Below, in pieces: positions 62,838 through 64,000 of a DNA stretch of 64,000 nt. The notes beneath the pieces were generated by a model that saw only the letters and a program-made list of their open reading frames with translations, searched no databases and had not been told where the DNA came from. Position numbers and translations under genes: made by a program. The first letter of the stretch is position 1. The number at the start of each line of letters is the position of its first letter. Source of the stretch: Octopus sinensis (taxonomy: Eukaryota). Location: contig NC_043010.1 in NCBI RefSeq assembly GCF_006345805.1, positions 13,392,001 through 13,456,000 of the forward strand. Direction: 5' to 3'.

Positions 62838-64000
62838 GGTGGCGAGCTGGCAGAATCGTTAGCACGCCGGGCGAAATGCTTAACGGTATTTCGTCTGCCG
62901 TTACGTTCCGAGTTGAAATTCCGCCAGGGTCGACTTTGCCTTTCATCCTTTCGGGGTCGATTAAATAAGTACCAGTTACGCACTGGGGGTCGATACAATC
63001 GACTTAATACCTATGTCTGTCCTTGTTGGTCCCCTCTATGTTTAGCCCCTTGTGGGTAGTAAAGAAATAGGTATTTCGTCTGCCGATACGTTCTTGGTTC
63101 AAATTCCGCCGAGGTCAACTTTACCTTTCATCCTTTTGGGGTCGATAAATTAAGTACAAGTTACGCACTGGGGTCGATGTAATCGACTTAATACCTATGT
63201 CTATCCTTGTTGGTCCCTTCTATGTTTAGCCCCTTGTGGGTAGTAAAGAATAGGTATTTCGTCTGCCGATACGTTCTTGGTTCAAATTCCGCCGAGGTCA
63301 ACTTTACCTTTCATCCTTTTGGGGTCGATTAAATAAGTACCAGTTACACACTGGGGTCGATATAATCGACTTAATACCTATGTCGTCCTTGTTGGTCCCT
63401 TCTATGTTAGCCCCTTGTGGGTAGTAAAGAAATATTTCGTCTGCCGATACGTTCTGGTTCAAATTCCGCCGAGGTCAACTTTACCTTTCATCCTTTTGGG
63501 GTCGATAAATTAAGTACAAGTTACGCACTGGGGTCGATGTAATCGACTTAATACCTATGTCTGTCCTTGTTGGTCCCTTCTATGTTTAGCCCCTTGTGGG
63601 TAGTAAAGAAATAGGTATTTCGTCTGCCGATACGTTCTTGGTTCAAATTCCGCCGAGGTCAACTTTACCTTTCATCCTTTTGGGGTCGATTAAATAAGTA
63701 CCAGTTACACACTGGGGTCGATATAATCGACTTAATACCTATGTCTGTCCTTGTTGGTCCCTTCTATGTTTATCCCCTTGTGGGTAGTAAAGAAATAGGT
63801 ATTTCGTCTGCCGATACGTTCTTGGTTCAAATTCCGCCGAGGTCAACTTTACCTTTCATCCTTTTGGGGTCGATAAATTAAGTACAAGTTACGCACTTGG
63901 GTCGATGTAATCGACTTAATACCTATGTCTGTCCTTGTTTGTCCCCTCTGTGTTTAGCCCCTTGTGGGTAGTAAAGAAATAGGTATTTCGTCTGCCGATA
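62838..64000 (+). repeat. SINE B-derived tandem array, about 184-bp unit, at least 6 units, continuing past the window edge
   Basis: One complete SINE head is followed by units starting tatttcgtctgccg at 62887, 63072, 63255, 63433, 63616, 63800 and 63984. Confidence 0.95.

Overview
Eukaryotic, AT-rich, extremely repeat-dense DNA, most likely from an octopus (inferred from the protocadherin type and the SINE/microsatellite landscape). There is one clear host gene: a cephalopod-type protocadherin on the minus strand. A single large exon (acceptor at 57613, ATG 57568, donor after 55193) encodes the signal peptide, six cadherin repeats, the TM helix and the start of the tail. A short phase-compatible candidate exon (1033-869) lies about 54 kb downstream, so most of the window is probably one giant intron. 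That interval holds about 20 copies of one tRNA-derived SINE and about 14 loci of a second. It also holds RTE, CR1-like and Penelope-like retroelement fragments, several MITEs, TE-derived satellites and a 15-kb trinucleotide domain. The most notable unannotated signals are an intact type I hammerhead ribozyme motif on the pre-mRNA strand (5893-5948) with several related intact or decayed motifs, the remote exon carrying a YEEI motif, and three independent cases of transposon parts becoming tandem arrays. Nearly all other ORFs in the track are microsatellite artefacts. No prokaryotic-type system or CRISPR array is supported. All calls were made by eye. SINE and other TE family labels (A-F, H) are my own working names.
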